Below are positions 10,185 to 19,160 of a stretch of 62,946 bases of DNA, piece after piece. The notes below the pieces were generated by a model. It was given only the letters and a program-made list of their open reading frames with translations. It ran no database searches and had not been told where the DNA came from. A program made the position numbers and the translations under genes. Position 1 is the stretch's first letter. Each line of letters begins with the position of its first letter. Source of the stretch: Methanobacteriota archaeon (GTDB lineage Archaea; Thermoplasmatota; Thermoplasmata; RBG-16-68-12). The stretch is taken from the NCBI GenBank assembly GCA_005878615.1, contig VBLT01000120.1, positions 1-62,946 on the forward strand, given 5' to 3'.

Positions 10185-10637
10185 CTAATCCCGGAGCCAC
10201 GCCTCGTCGACGCGGGCGTACGCGTGGATCTCGTCGGGCTTGAAGAAGAGCGGGATCTCCCGCTTCGCGCTCTCGAGCGAATCGGACCCGTGGATGATGT
10301 TCCGCCCGATCGTCAGCGCGAGGTCTCCGCGGACCGTCCCCGGTTCGGCCTCCGCGGAATTCGTCTTGCCCATCATCTTCCGCACGATGGCGACGGCCCC
10401 GTCGCCCTCGAGGACCATCGCGACGACTGGCCCCGCGGCAATGTACGACATGAGAGGTTCGAAGAAGGCCTTGCCCCTGTGTTCCGCATAATAGGTCTCG
10501 CCGAGAGACCGGGTCACGCGGAGCATCTTCATCGCGACGACCTTGAGTCCGCGACGCTCGAAGCGCCCAAGGATTTCACCGACGAGCGCGCGTTGGACCG
10601 CGTCCGGCTTCAGGAGCACGAACGTGCGCTCGGCCAT
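10185..10637 (-). CDS. ndk: Nucleoside-diphosphate kinase
   Basis: [29 protein letters not shown]. Confidence 0.97.
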   Translation of the reverse strand: MAERTFVLLKPDAVQRALVGEILGRFERRGLKVVAMKMLRVTRSLGETYYAEHRGKAFFEPLMSYIAAGPVVAMVLEGDGAVAIVRKMMGKTNSAEAEPGTVRGDLALTIGRNIIHGSDSLESAKREIPLFFKPDEIHAYARVDEAWLRD

Positions 10638-10638
10638 C

Positions 10639-11268
10639 TCAGGCCCCTTTCTTCGCCTTCTTCGCGGGCTTTGCGGTCGGCGCGGGAGCTTCCTCTTCTT
10701 CCTCCTCCGGCTTCTCGCGCTTGCGCCCCTTCACCTTGGCCCATTGGCCGTCGAGCCAGGCCTTGAAGACGCGGCGGCCTTCCTGGGAGTCCTTCCAGGC
10801 CGCGAACTCGGCCTTCTCGACGTGCGTCACCGGCTTCGCGCCGTGCTTCTTCTTCGCCCAGCCGAGGATCGACGTCCGGAAGGCCGGGCTGTCGACGAAG
10901 GACGTGAAGAATTTCTCGACCTCTCCTCGCGGGAGGTCCGGACCGAGACGTTTGTCGATCAGGTCGGCGAGGTCCGCCGGGATGTCCTTGCCCTTCGGCG
11001 TCTCGATCGTCACCTCGCCGGGGGCGGCCTCGGCGGGCGCGGGCACCTCCTCGGAGACGATCGCCTCCTCCGTCGCGGCCCGTCCCGCGGCGCGGCGGAA
11101 CGCCTGTGTCCAAGGCGTCCAACGCGGCACGCGGCCGAGGTGGAGCATGTTCGATTGGCATTTGTGGGAACAGAACAGGAAGACCGTCCCATCCTTTCGG
11201 ATGAACATCTTGCCGGTCCCCGGCTCGATCTCGTTGCCGCAGAAGGAGCAGGAACGGCGGGCGGGCAT
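10639..11268 (-). CDS. rpl24e: 50S ribosomal protein L24e with long C-terminal extension
   Basis: [27 protein letters not shown]; conserved rpl7ae-rps28e-rpl24e-ndk order. Confidence 0.93.
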   Translation of the reverse strand: MPARRSCSFCGNEIEPGTGKMFIRKDGTVFLFCSHKCQSNMLHLGRVPRWTPWTQAFRRAAGRAATEEAIVSEEVPAPAEAAPGEVTIETPKGKDIPADLADLIDKRLGPDLPRGEVEKFFTSFVDSPAFRTSILGWAKKKHGAKPVTHVEKAEFAAWKDSQEGRRVFKAWLDGQWAKVKGRKREKPEEEEEEAPAPTAKPAKKAKKGA

Positions 11269-11272
11269 CGGC

Positions 11273-11485
11273 TCACCGGACCGAGAGCTTGCGGGCCTCG
11301 CGGGCGGTCTCGCGGAGCATCAGCACATCGCCGACCTGGATGCTCCCCTTCACGTTCCGCGTGATGATGCGGCCCTTGTCCCGTCCGTCGAGGACGCGGA
11401 CCTTCACCTGGACCGCCTCGCCCGTCATCCCCGTCCGGCCGACGACCTCGACCACTTCTGCGGGGATGCTGTCCTCGTCCGCCAT
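11273..11485 (-). CDS. rps28e: 30S ribosomal protein S28e
   Basis: [24 protein letters not shown]...RETAREAR. Confidence 0.96.
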   Translation of the reverse strand: MADEDSIPAEVVEVVGRTGMTGEAVQVKVRVLDGRDKGRIITRNVKGSIQVGDVLMLRETAREARKLSVR

Positions 11486-11513
11486 CGTCTCTCCGTGCTC
11501 CTTCCGGGCTCCG

Positions 11514-11885
11514 TCACTTCTTCATCGCGCGGAGCTTGCCGGACAGATCGTCGAGCACCGGCTTCGCCTTGCCGGGGTCCAAGATCGCGATCGAGGCCGT
11601 CGCCTTGCCGAGGCCGACCGCGACGCCGAGCTCCTGTTTGCTCGGGACGTACGCGTAGGGCACGCCTTTCTCCTCGCACAGGAGGGGCATGTGGGCGAGG
11701 ATCTCCTCGGGCTGGACGTCCTCCGCCATGACGACGAACTGAGCCTCGCCTCGCTCGACGAGCTTCGTGACCTCGTTGGTCCCTTTGCGGACCTTCCCGC
11801 TCTCCTTCGCGAGTTCGATCGATTGGTACGTCTTGTCGACCAGGTCCTTCGGCATCTCGAAGCGCACGTACATCGGCTTGGCCAT
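11514..11885 (-). CDS. rpl7ae: 50S ribosomal protein L7Ae
   Basis: [39 protein letters not shown]. Confidence 0.97.
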   Translation of the reverse strand: MAKPMYVRFEMPKDLVDKTYQSIELAKESGKVRKGTNEVTKLVERGEAQFVVMAEDVQPEEILAHMPLLCEEKGVPYAYVPSKQELGVAVGLGKATASIAILDPGKAKPVLDDLSGKLRAMKK

Positions 11886-11888
11886 TGG

Positions 11889-11940
11889 GGAGACCTCCTT
11901 CCGCCCCGCATCGCGGGGCGTCATGAGTCATCGGCTCTCC
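11889..11940 (-). promoter_or_regulatory. K-turn in the rpl7ae 5' UTR (L7Ae autoregulatory element)
   Basis: Minus strand GGAGAGCC-GAU-GA-CU ... AG-GA-GG-UCUCC: C-stem, 3-nt bulge, tandem G.A pairs, NC stem; overlaps the SD. Confidence 0.75.
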
Positions 11941-12010
11941 GTTCCCAGAGAAGCGGCCGTCGAAGTGGCGCGGCGTATAAAAGGATTTCCAGGATACGCC
12001 GCGGCGATTC

Positions 12011-13435
12011 CTAGGAAGGGCTCGGACCGATTTGCTCGCGGACGATGCGGTTCGCAATCTCCAAGAACTTCTGCTCCGTCCCCGGAGGGATCGTCGCTCC
12101 CGCGGCCGCGTGGTGCCCGCCTCCGAATCCACCCACCGCCTTGCTCGCCTCCTGCATGACCGCGGCGAGGTCGAGCCCGCGCGCGACGAGATCGCGCGTC
12201 GTCCTCGCGCTGACCTTGATCCCGTCGTCCGCCGTCGCGAAGGCGATGATCGGCAGGTCCTTTGCCGCTCCCTCGCGGTTCAAGGCGAGGCTCGCCGCGA
12301 TCCCGACGACGGTGTCGCGGATCCGGTCCGCCGCATGGAAATATTGGATCGCGTCCATCGTGTTGATGCCCGCCTCCGCGATCGCGTCCATCGACTCCAC
12401 GAGATATTCCCGATGGCCGCGCAGGAGCCGCAAGGCCTGTCCGAGGAACTCGTCGCGGTCGCCGCGGCAGACGCGATAGCCGACCTCCGGCTGGTCGTAT
12501 CGGCCGCAGGCATTCACCAGCGTCCCGAATTCCTTCGCGTCCCGGGTCGGGCTTCCCGCGGGTTCTCGGATCAGGGTGTACGTCTCGCCGGCAAGCCGTT
12601 CCGTTTCCTTCACACCGCAGCCGCGTTCGAGCATGTGCGCGACGAGGGCGGTCACGACCCGCCGCTTCTCTCCGTCGTCAAGGTCCGACCAACTCCGCCA
12701 GTGCTCCTCCACCTTGAGGTCGATCCCCAACTCGAGCAGGAAGGCGATGCACGCATCCTCATTCCCGCTGAGCCGCGGGATCCAGGGGTCGGAGGCGTAT
12801 TGCAGCATCTTGTAGGCCGGCCGGGTCTCGCGGCCGAATAGGCGCAGGTCGATCTGGGCCCGGAGGACCCCGGCGTCGATCCCATCCTGGAGGATCGTGC
12901 GGTTGTACCCGGAGAGGCGTCGGAACTCCTGGTCCTGGACGTCTCCGACGGCCCCGACGATCGCGACGGCGGCGAGGTCCCGGTTCGTCGAGGCCAGGGC
13001 CCTCGCGACGGCATAGGCGCATCCGGCCCCGCTCGCGACGTCGGACCCGGCGCCTTCGAGGTGCGGGTTCAACATGAGGATGCGGTCCTGCGACTCGGCG
13101 AAGCGCATCAGGTCGGACCGCAGGACTTTCGGGACCTCCCGTTCCGTGGGGACGTGATGGTCCGTGATCACCGCGTCGAGTCCGTGGAGGGCGTGCATCA
13201 TCCCGGCGCCCAGATCGATGAACCAGACGAGGGGCGTCCCGCGCCGCTTCAGTTCCGTGATCACGGGCTCGTCGAGTTTCTTCACGAACGCGACTTCGTG
13301 CGCGATTCCCGCGCGGTCGAGCGCCTCGGACGCGATCGCCCCGCCCGTGATGCCATCCGTGTCGATGTGGGTCACGATGCGGACCATCGGGGCGTCCCGG
13401 ACGCGCTCCGCGATCTGCTGGGCGACCGCCTCCAT
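12011..13435 (-). CDS. RecJ-like DHH/DHHA1 phosphoesterase
   Basis: HIDTDG, DLG, TDHH, GAVGD, GGGHHAAAGA. Confidence 0.9.
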   Translation of the reverse strand: MEAVAQQIAERVRDAPMVRIVTHIDTDGITGGAIASEALDRAGIAHEVAFVKKLDEPVITELKRRGTPLVWFIDLGAGMMHALHGLDAVITDHHVPTEREVPKVLRSDLMRFAESQDRILMLNPHLEGAGSDVASGAGCAYAVARALASTNRDLAAVAIVGAVGDVQDQEFRRLSGYNRTILQDGIDAGVLRAQIDLRLFGRETRPAYKMLQYASDPWIPRLSGNEDACIAFLLELGIDLKVEEHWRSWSDLDDGEKRRVVTALVAHMLERGCGVKETERLAGETYTLIREPAGSPTRDAKEFGTLVNACGRYDQPEVGYRVCRGDRDEFLGQALRLLRGHREYLVESMDAIAEAGINTMDAIQYFHAADRIRDTVVGIAASLALNREGAAKDLPIIAFATADDGIKVSARTTRDLVARGLDLAAVMQEASKAVGGFGGGHHAAAGATIPPGTEQKFLEIANRIVREQIGPSPS

Positions 13436-13521
13436 CGAGGGCGACTAGCGGGGGACCGCTCCTTGAATCTTTGGGAGGGAACGGCGGACGCCCTTTCGAC
13501 ATCAAGCGGGGGCGAGTGCAT

Positions 13522-13543
13522 GTTATAGTCAAGTAACTATAAC
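13522..13543. promoter_or_regulatory. Perfect inverted repeat GTTATAGT-N6-ACTATAAC between divergent genes
   Basis: 8-bp perfect arms, 6-bp spacer, AT-rich in a GC-rich context. Confidence 0.5.
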
Positions 13544-13585
13544 GCGGCCAAGGCGGATATTCCCGGAGCGAGTTGCGAGGCCGCG

Positions 13586-13987
13586 ATGCTCCACGTGACC
13601 GCGACGGCACTCCTCCTGAAGGAGGGGCGGGTCCTCCTGGGAAGACGGACCAGCACAGTCCGTTTCGCCGGCATGTGGGATGCCTTCGGCGGCCACCTGG
13701 TGCCCTGCGAGGAACCCTCGACCGCCTTGATCCGGGAACTGAAAGAAGAGCTAGGGATCGAGGTCGTCGGCCCGCGGTTCTTGGGGATTTACGAAGACGT
13801 CGACCCGACATCCCGAGACCTTTTCCGCCACTACCTCTTCGTCGTGACCCGGTGGGAGGGCGATGTGCGGATTGCGAACGAGGAACATTCGGAGATTCGC
13901 TGGTTCACGCCCTCGGACGCGGTGATGTTGGATCTGGCACCGTCCTTGAAGGACTCGATCCGTCGACTGATTCCGACGAAACCTTAA
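13586..13987 (+). CDS. Nudix hydrolase
   Basis: GGHLVPCEEPSTALIRELKEELGI Nudix box. Confidence 0.88.
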   Translation: MLHVTATALLLKEGRVLLGRRTSTVRFAGMWDAFGGHLVPCEEPSTALIRELKEELGIEVVGPRFLGIYEDVDPTSRDLFRHYLFVVTRWEGDVRIANEEHSEIRWFTPSDAVMLDLAPSLKDSIRRLIPTKP

Positions 13988-14021
13988 GCGAAACGCGGGA
14001 CTTGAGTGGATTGGCCGTGCC

Positions 14022-14441
14022 ATGACGGATGACGCGACGATTCGAAAGATCCTGACGACCATCCGAACGATTGCGGTCGTCGGATGTTCGAAGGACCCCA
14101 CCAAAGATGCGCACCGGGTCCCGAAGTACATGCAACAGCATGGGTACCGAATCATCCCGGTGAATCCGACGGCGACGGAGATCCTCGGCGAGAAGGCGTA
14201 CCCGTCCCTTGACGCGGTCCCGATCCCATACGACGCCGTCGACATCTTCCGCCCGTCCGCGGATGTCCCGCCGATCGTCGATCAGGCGATCAAGGGTCCC
14301 GCGAAGGTCATCTGGATGCAGCTCGGCATCCGGAACGAGGCGGCGGCCTCCAAGGCCCAGGCGGCCGGCAGGACCGTCGTGCAGGACCACTGCCTGATGC
14401 GCGACCACGCGCGGCTATTCGGCGGCGACATCCTCGAATGA
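14022..14441 (+). CDS. CoA-binding protein (YccU-like)
   Basis: TIAVVGCS, GYRIIPVNP, VDIFRPS, IWMQLGI. Confidence 0.9.
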   Translation: MTDDATIRKILTTIRTIAVVGCSKDPTKDAHRVPKYMQQHGYRIIPVNPTATEILGEKAYPSLDAVPIPYDAVDIFRPSADVPPIVDQAIKGPAKVIWMQLGIRNEAAASKAQAAGRTVVQDHCLMRDHARLFGGDILE

Positions 14442-15050
14442 GGACGCCGCGAAGACGATCGCGACGCTCGGCGCGCCCGCGCGCCGCGCCGCGGCGCTGA
14501 GTGCCTCGATCTCCCCGAGGAGACTCGTCACGGACGCCGGCGCATTGAATTTCATCTTGGACGCCCAGTCGTAGAGAGCGCGGACCCTCGGCTCGGGGAC
14601 GATCCCCACTCGATACCCGCCGGCGACGCCGCGCTCCAGCTTCACAATCGGGCTGATGCCGGAAAAGGCCTGCACGGGGATCTCAATCCACTCCGTCGAC
14701 TCCTTCGGCAGCAGCTCACGGAACGGGTCCTCCTGAAGCGCTTCCTCGGCGCTCACGAAGGACTCGAGGCCCGCCTCGCCCTCCCACACCCTGCCGAGGC
14801 GCGCGCCCGCGGACACGACCGAGTGATCGAGCCACGCCAGATCGTGCACCCGCTCGATCGACGCCCGGCGGGTCCAGAGGGTCTTCGCGAGGAGCTGGTA
14901 TCCTTCGCGGAGGGCCTTCGCCTCCGGGGACTTCGTGCCGCCCGATCGCTGCGCCTTGTCGAGCGCCGCGGCGAGGACCGGCTGCGCCGTGAGGAGCTCC
15001 TGGAAGTCCACGACGCGCAGGAGGCCGCGCCATCCCATGGGACCCATCAC
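14415..15050 (-). CDS. Hypothetical protein
   Basis: 211-aa ORF with protein-like composition filling the gap; family not recognised. Confidence 0.65.
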   Translation of the reverse strand: MMGPMGWRGLLRVVDFQELLTAQPVLAAALDKAQRSGGTKSPEAKALREGYQLLAKTLWTRRASIERVHDLAWLDHSVVSAGARLGRVWEGEAGLESFVSAEEALQEDPFRELLPKESTEWIEIPVQAFSGISPIVKLERGVAGGYRVGIVPEPRVRALYDWASKMKFNAPASVTSLLGEIEALSAAARRAGAPSVAIVFAASSFEDVAAE

Positions 15051-15111
15051 GGGCCCTCGCCAAGAAAAGCGTGTCGGCCCCTCGTTGCTCGAATGCCCGC
15101 GGTGGTGCGGC

Positions 15112-15612
15112 TCAATGGAGCACGACGGACTTGACCCCGTCCACCTGTTTGATCAGGGGCAGCAGCCGCTCGGGGACCGGGGCCTCCGTCACGATGAACC
15201 CATGCGGATCGTCGACGATCTCCGGATCGTCCATGATCACCTGGCGGACGGAGATGCCCGCCTGCGCGATGATCGTCGTGACCCCGGCGAGGATGCCGGG
15301 CTTCGCCGCGTTCGTCGGCACGATCTCGATCGCGCCCCAGTTCATCAGAGGGGCGACGTCCCTCAGGTAGCACGCCGGCAGGAGTCGGTCGAAGAAATTC
15401 CCCAGCTCCGGGTTCTTCGCGATCGTGTCGACCGTGGCCGTGACGACGCGACGGTCCACGCCAGCGGCGCGCGCGAGGGACGTGTCGGAGATCTTGATCG
15501 CTCCCGCGTAGACGTTGCCTTCGTGGACGCGAAGTCCTGTCAGGACCATGAGTTGGGCGACTTTCTCTTGCGCCGGGAAGCCCTTGAAGTACGGACGCAA
15601 CCTCGACCACAT
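15112..15612 (-). CDS. trpY: TrpY-like regulator (N-terminal HTH, C-terminal ACT domain; COG2150-like)
   Basis: FPAQEKVAQLM..G..ISDTSLARAAGVDRRVV..T; PGILAGVTTIIAQAGISVRQ ACT motif; divergent from trpB2. Confidence 0.8.
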   Translation of the reverse strand: MWSRLRPYFKGFPAQEKVAQLMVLTGLRVHEGNVYAGAIKISDTSLARAAGVDRRVVTATVDTIAKNPELGNFFDRLLPACYLRDVAPLMNWGAIEIVPTNAAKPGILAGVTTIIAQAGISVRQVIMDDPEIVDDPHGFIVTEAPVPERLLPLIKQVDGVKSVVLH

Positions 15613-15701
15613 GCTAAGTCCACGTAATGCACGAAAAGATTCTATGGAGCTTAAATCCTCTCGGTTTCGTTTGTAGTTGCGAGTATTCTTACTCCTCGTG
15701 T

Positions 15702-15739
15702 TGCACCATCCATGTATTCTCACTCTACATAAATGTACG
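15702..15739. promoter_or_regulatory. TRP-box-like array (TGCACC, TGTATT, TCTACA, TGTACG)
   Basis: Four TGTACA-like hexamers at 10-11 bp period between trpY and trpB2; last pair is TCTACA-N4-TGTACG. Confidence 0.55.
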
Positions 15740-15801
15740 TCATAGAACGTAAACGTTATATAACGTCCGGATATCTGTGTCAGCGTCAAATGGTGGTGAC
15801 C

Positions 15802-17145
15802 ATGCAAGCGATCCATCCGAGTTCGGCGGCCGCGGGACACGTGAAAATCCTCCTCGATGAGGACGACCTCCCGCGGGCGTGGTACAACATCCTGCCGGAT
15901 TTGCCCGCTCCCTTCCCTCCCTACCTTCACCCCGGGACGAAGGAGCCGGTCCCGCCGCAGGCCTTCGAGCCGCTGTTCCCGAAGGAGCTCATCCGCCAGG
16001 AGATGAGCCCGAACCGCTCGGAGCCGATCCCCGAAGAACTGCGCGAGGCCTACCTCCGATTCGGCCGACCGACGCCGCTGTACCGGGCCTCCCGCCTGGA
16101 GGCGTTCCTCAAGACGCCGGCGCGGATCTACTACAAGCGGGAGGATCTCTCCCCGGTCGGATCCCACAAGCCGAACACCGCGATCGCGCAGGCGTACTTC
16201 GCCGCGAAGGAAGGGGTCGAGGCCCTCGCGACGGAGACGGGGGCCGGCCAATGGGGATCCGCGCTCGCCCTCGCGACGAACTATTTCGGCCTCCGGTCCA
16301 AGGTGTTCATGGTCCGTGTCTCGTACGACCAGAAGCCCTACCGGAAGTACATGATGCGGCTCTTCGGCGCGGAAGTCATCCCGAGCCCGAGCGACCGGAC
16401 GAACGTGGGGAAGAAGATCCTCGCACAGGACCCGAACCATCCCGGATCCCTCGGCGTCGCGATCTCGGAGGCGATCGAGACGGCGGTGACGAGCCCGAAC
16501 ACGCGGTATTCCCTCGGATCCGTCCTGAACCACGTGCTGATGCATCAGACGGTCATCGGCCTCGAGGCGCAGAAGCAGTTCGAGATCGCGGACATCACGC
16601 CGGACTACATGGTCGGCTCCGTCGGGGGAGGCTCCAACTTCGCGGGCTTCACCTACCCGACCATCGGAGAGCGGATCCACGGGCGTTCGGAGACGCGGTT
16701 CATCGCGGTCGAGCCGACATCGGTCCCCTCGATGACCCAGGGCCGATACGAATACGACTTCGGCGACACCGGCGAGATGACGCCGCTCGTGAAGATGCAC
16801 ACCCTCGGCCACACCTTCGTACCGCCGCGCATCCACGCGGGCGGCCTGCGGTACCACGGGACCGCGGCGACCCTGAGCGTCCTCCTGGACGCAGGGCTCG
16901 TCGAGCCGCGCGCGGTCGACCAGGTGAGCACCTTCCAGGCCGGCGAGATCTTCGCCAAGACGGAAGGACTCATCGCGGCGCCGGAGACCTGCCACGCGAT
17001 CCGCGGCGCGATCGACCTGGCGCTCGAGGCGAAGAAGCGGAACGAGGAGACGGTCATCGCCTTCAACTACAGCGGCCACGGGCTGTTGGACCTCGAGGGC
17101 TACGCGCAGTTCCTCGCCGGCAACCTGAGCAGCAACGGGCCCTGA
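15802..17145 (+). CDS. trpB2: Tryptophan synthase beta chain, type 2 (TrpB2)
   Basis: [55 protein letters not shown]. Confidence 0.95.
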   Translation: MQAIHPSSAAAGHVKILLDEDDLPRAWYNILPDLPAPFPPYLHPGTKEPVPPQAFEPLFPKELIRQEMSPNRSEPIPEELREAYLRFGRPTPLYRASRLEAFLKTPARIYYKREDLSPVGSHKPNTAIAQAYFAAKEGVEALATETGAGQWGSALALATNYFGLRSKVFMVRVSYDQKPYRKYMMRLFGAEVIPSPSDRTNVGKKILAQDPNHPGSLGVAISEAIETAVTSPNTRYSLGSVLNHVLMHQTVIGLEAQKQFEIADITPDYMVGSVGGGSNFAGFTYPTIGERIHGRSETRFIAVEPTSVPSMTQGRYEYDFGDTGEMTPLVKMHTLGHTFVPPRIHAGGLRYHGTAATLSVLLDAGLVEPRAVDQVSTFQAGEIFAKTEGLIAAPETCHAIRGAIDLALEAKKRNEETVIAFNYSGHGLLDLEGYAQFLAGNLSSNGP

Positions 17146-17228
17146 CCACCCCGCTGGCCGCAATCCGTTCCCGAGTCGTCGGATTAGCCGCGCGAAGTCT
17201 CTTGAGGTCTCGGACAATCCGGCCGACC

Positions 17229-19160
17229 ATGGACGTGGGCGTGGATGTCGGCGGGACCTTCACGGACTTCGTCGGGTTCCGCGGCCGCGAGGTCGTGACG
17301 GCCAAGGTTCCGTCGACGCCCGATCCCTCCCGCGCGGTCGTCGACGGGATGCGGGAGCTCGGGGCCGGCGACATGGCCCACGGGACGACGGTCGCCACGA
17401 ACGCGATCCTGCAACGAAAAGGGGCCCGCACGGTATTCGTGACGACGGCGGGCTTCGAAGACCTGCTGGTCATCGGCCGCCAGGACCGTCCGAACTTGTA
17501 CGACTTCCACGTCACACGGGCGTCTCCGCCGGTCGATTCGGAGATGTGCCTCGGAGCCGACGAACGCGTCGACGCGCGAGGACGCCCGTTGCGGCCTCTG
17601 ACGGAGCGGGAGGCCCGCCGAATTGCCAGGGAGGTGCGTTCCCGAAAGGCGGAATCCGTGGCGATTTGCCTGCTCTTCTCCTTCATGCGACCGAGCCACG
17701 AGCGGATCCTCCGCGATGCCCTTGGCGACCTCCCCGTCTCGATGAGCCACGAAGTCCTCCCGGAATTTCGAGAGTATGAGCGCGCTTCGACCACCGTGTT
17801 GGACGCCTACCTGAAACCGCTCGTCGGCCGCTACCTGACCGAGTTGAGGGCCGCAATTCGAAAGGACTTCTTCGTGATGAAATCGGGAGGCGGCGTGGCC
17901 GTCCATTCGGCCGTCGCCCGACGACCGGTTGACTTGGTCCTCAGCGGTCCCGCGGGCGGCGTCGCCGCCGGCGCGGCCCTGTCTCGAGGGAGCCATTCGA
18001 GGAACTTCGTCACCTTCGACATGGGAGGGACCAGCGCAGATTTTTCCGCACTCCCGAAGGGCGAGCCGACCTGGACGACCGATGCCGTGATCGACACCTT
18101 CCCGATTGCGATCCCGGTCATCGACATCGAGTCCGTGGGCGCGGGAGGAGGGAGCCTTGCGTGGATTGACCCGGGAGGCGCGCTTCGAGTCGGACCCGAG
18201 AGCGCCGGCGCGACCCCGGGGCCCATGGCCTACGGTGCGGGCGGGTCCCAGGTCACGGTGACGGATGCCGACCTCGTCGGCGGGTCCCTTGGACCGAGTC
18301 TCCTCGGAGGTCGGCTTCCCCTCGACAGGTCCCTCTCCACAAAAGGGATCGAGGCCCTCGCATCGACCCTGCATCTTTCCCGGGACGAAGCGATCCTCGG
18401 CGTCCAGCGGGTTGTCGAAGCCTCGATGGCGAAGGCGATGCGGCTGGTCCTCGCCCGTCGCGGCCTTGACCCGAGGGATTTTGCGTTGCTCGCCTTCGGC
18501 GGCGCCGGGCCGATGCACGCATGCGCCCTCGCCCAACAGCTCGGGGTCCGGACGGTCCTCGTGCCCTTCCTCCCTGGGGCGTTCTCGGCCTACGGCATCC
18601 TGATCTCTCCGATCCGAGCCGAGTATGGGCGAAGCGTCCTCCGACCGTTGGAGCGAGCCGAGACGGTCATCGAGTCGGCGATCGAGGAGTTCCGTGACCG
18701 GGCGATTTCGGTGCTGCGGACGCAAGGGCACGATGTGGGTCGGGCTCAATTCGAATCGAGCGTCGACCTACGATTCAAGGGGCAGAGTTACGAAATCAAC
18801 GTTCCGATCCGCGGCGACTTGAGGCGGGCCTTCCATCGAGCGCATCGGCTTCGGTACGGATACGCCTCGCGGAGCGAAGCGATCGAGGTCGTCGCGGCCC
18901 GCCTCGTGGTCCGCATGCCACGTCCGTTCCGCCGGCCGCGTGCGCCTCTTCATCGCGGTTCGCGTCCGCGGAGTCGCCGGGTTCTTTTCGACGACGGATG
19001 GCATGATGTCCCCGTCCACGAACGGTCGCGCCTCGGCGTCGGGAGCGAGATCGACGGTCCCGCCATCGTGGCGGAGGACCATGCGACCACTGTCGTTCCT
19101 CCCGGCGCGCACCTCACCGTGGATCGATTGGGCCTTCTCGAGGTCGAGGTGCCCCGATGA
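17229..19160 (+). CDS. Hydantoinase/5-oxoprolinase subunit A
   Basis: GVDVGGTFTD, HGTTVATNA, DMGGTSAD, GAGGGS, AFGGAGP. Confidence 0.92.
   Translation: MDVGVDVGGTFTDFVGFRGREVVTAKVPSTPDPSRAVVDGMRELGAGDMAHGTTVATNAILQRKGARTVFVTTAGFEDLLVIGRQDRPNLYDFHVTRASPPVDSEMCLGADERVDARGRPLRPLTEREARRIAREVRSRKAESVAICLLFSFMRPSHERILRDALGDLPVSMSHEVLPEFREYERASTTVLDAYLKPLVGRYLTELRAAIRKDFFVMKSGGGVAVHSAVARRPVDLVLSGPAGGVAAGAALSRGSHSRNFVTFDMGGTSADFSALPKGEPTWTTDAVIDTFPIAIPVIDIESVGAGGGSLAWIDPGGALRVGPESAGATPGPMAYGAGGSQVTVTDADLVGGSLGPSLLGGRLPLDRSLSTKGIEALASTLHLSRDEAILGVQRVVEASMAKAMRLVLARRGLDPRDFALLAFGGAGPMHACALAQQLGVRTVLVPFLPGAFSAYGILISPIRAEYGRSVLRPLERAETVIESAIEEFRDRAISVLRTQGHDVGRAQFESSVDLRFKGQSYEINVPIRGDLRRAFHRAHRLRYGYASRSEAIEVVAARLVVRMPRPFRRPRAPLHRGSRPRSRRVLFDDGWHDVPVHERSRLGVGSEIDGPAIVAEDHATTVVPPGAHLTVDRLGLLEVEVPR

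Noticed and set aside
13534..13556. TAACTATAACG resembling 23S rRNA helix 69 / I-CeuI site
   Set aside because: Match stops after about 11 nt with no rRNA context; explained by the local palindrome
15879..17228. Apparent 450-aa N-terminal extension of hydantoinase A
   Set aside because: Alternate frame over trpB2; the real start is ATG17229 (MDVGVDVGGT)
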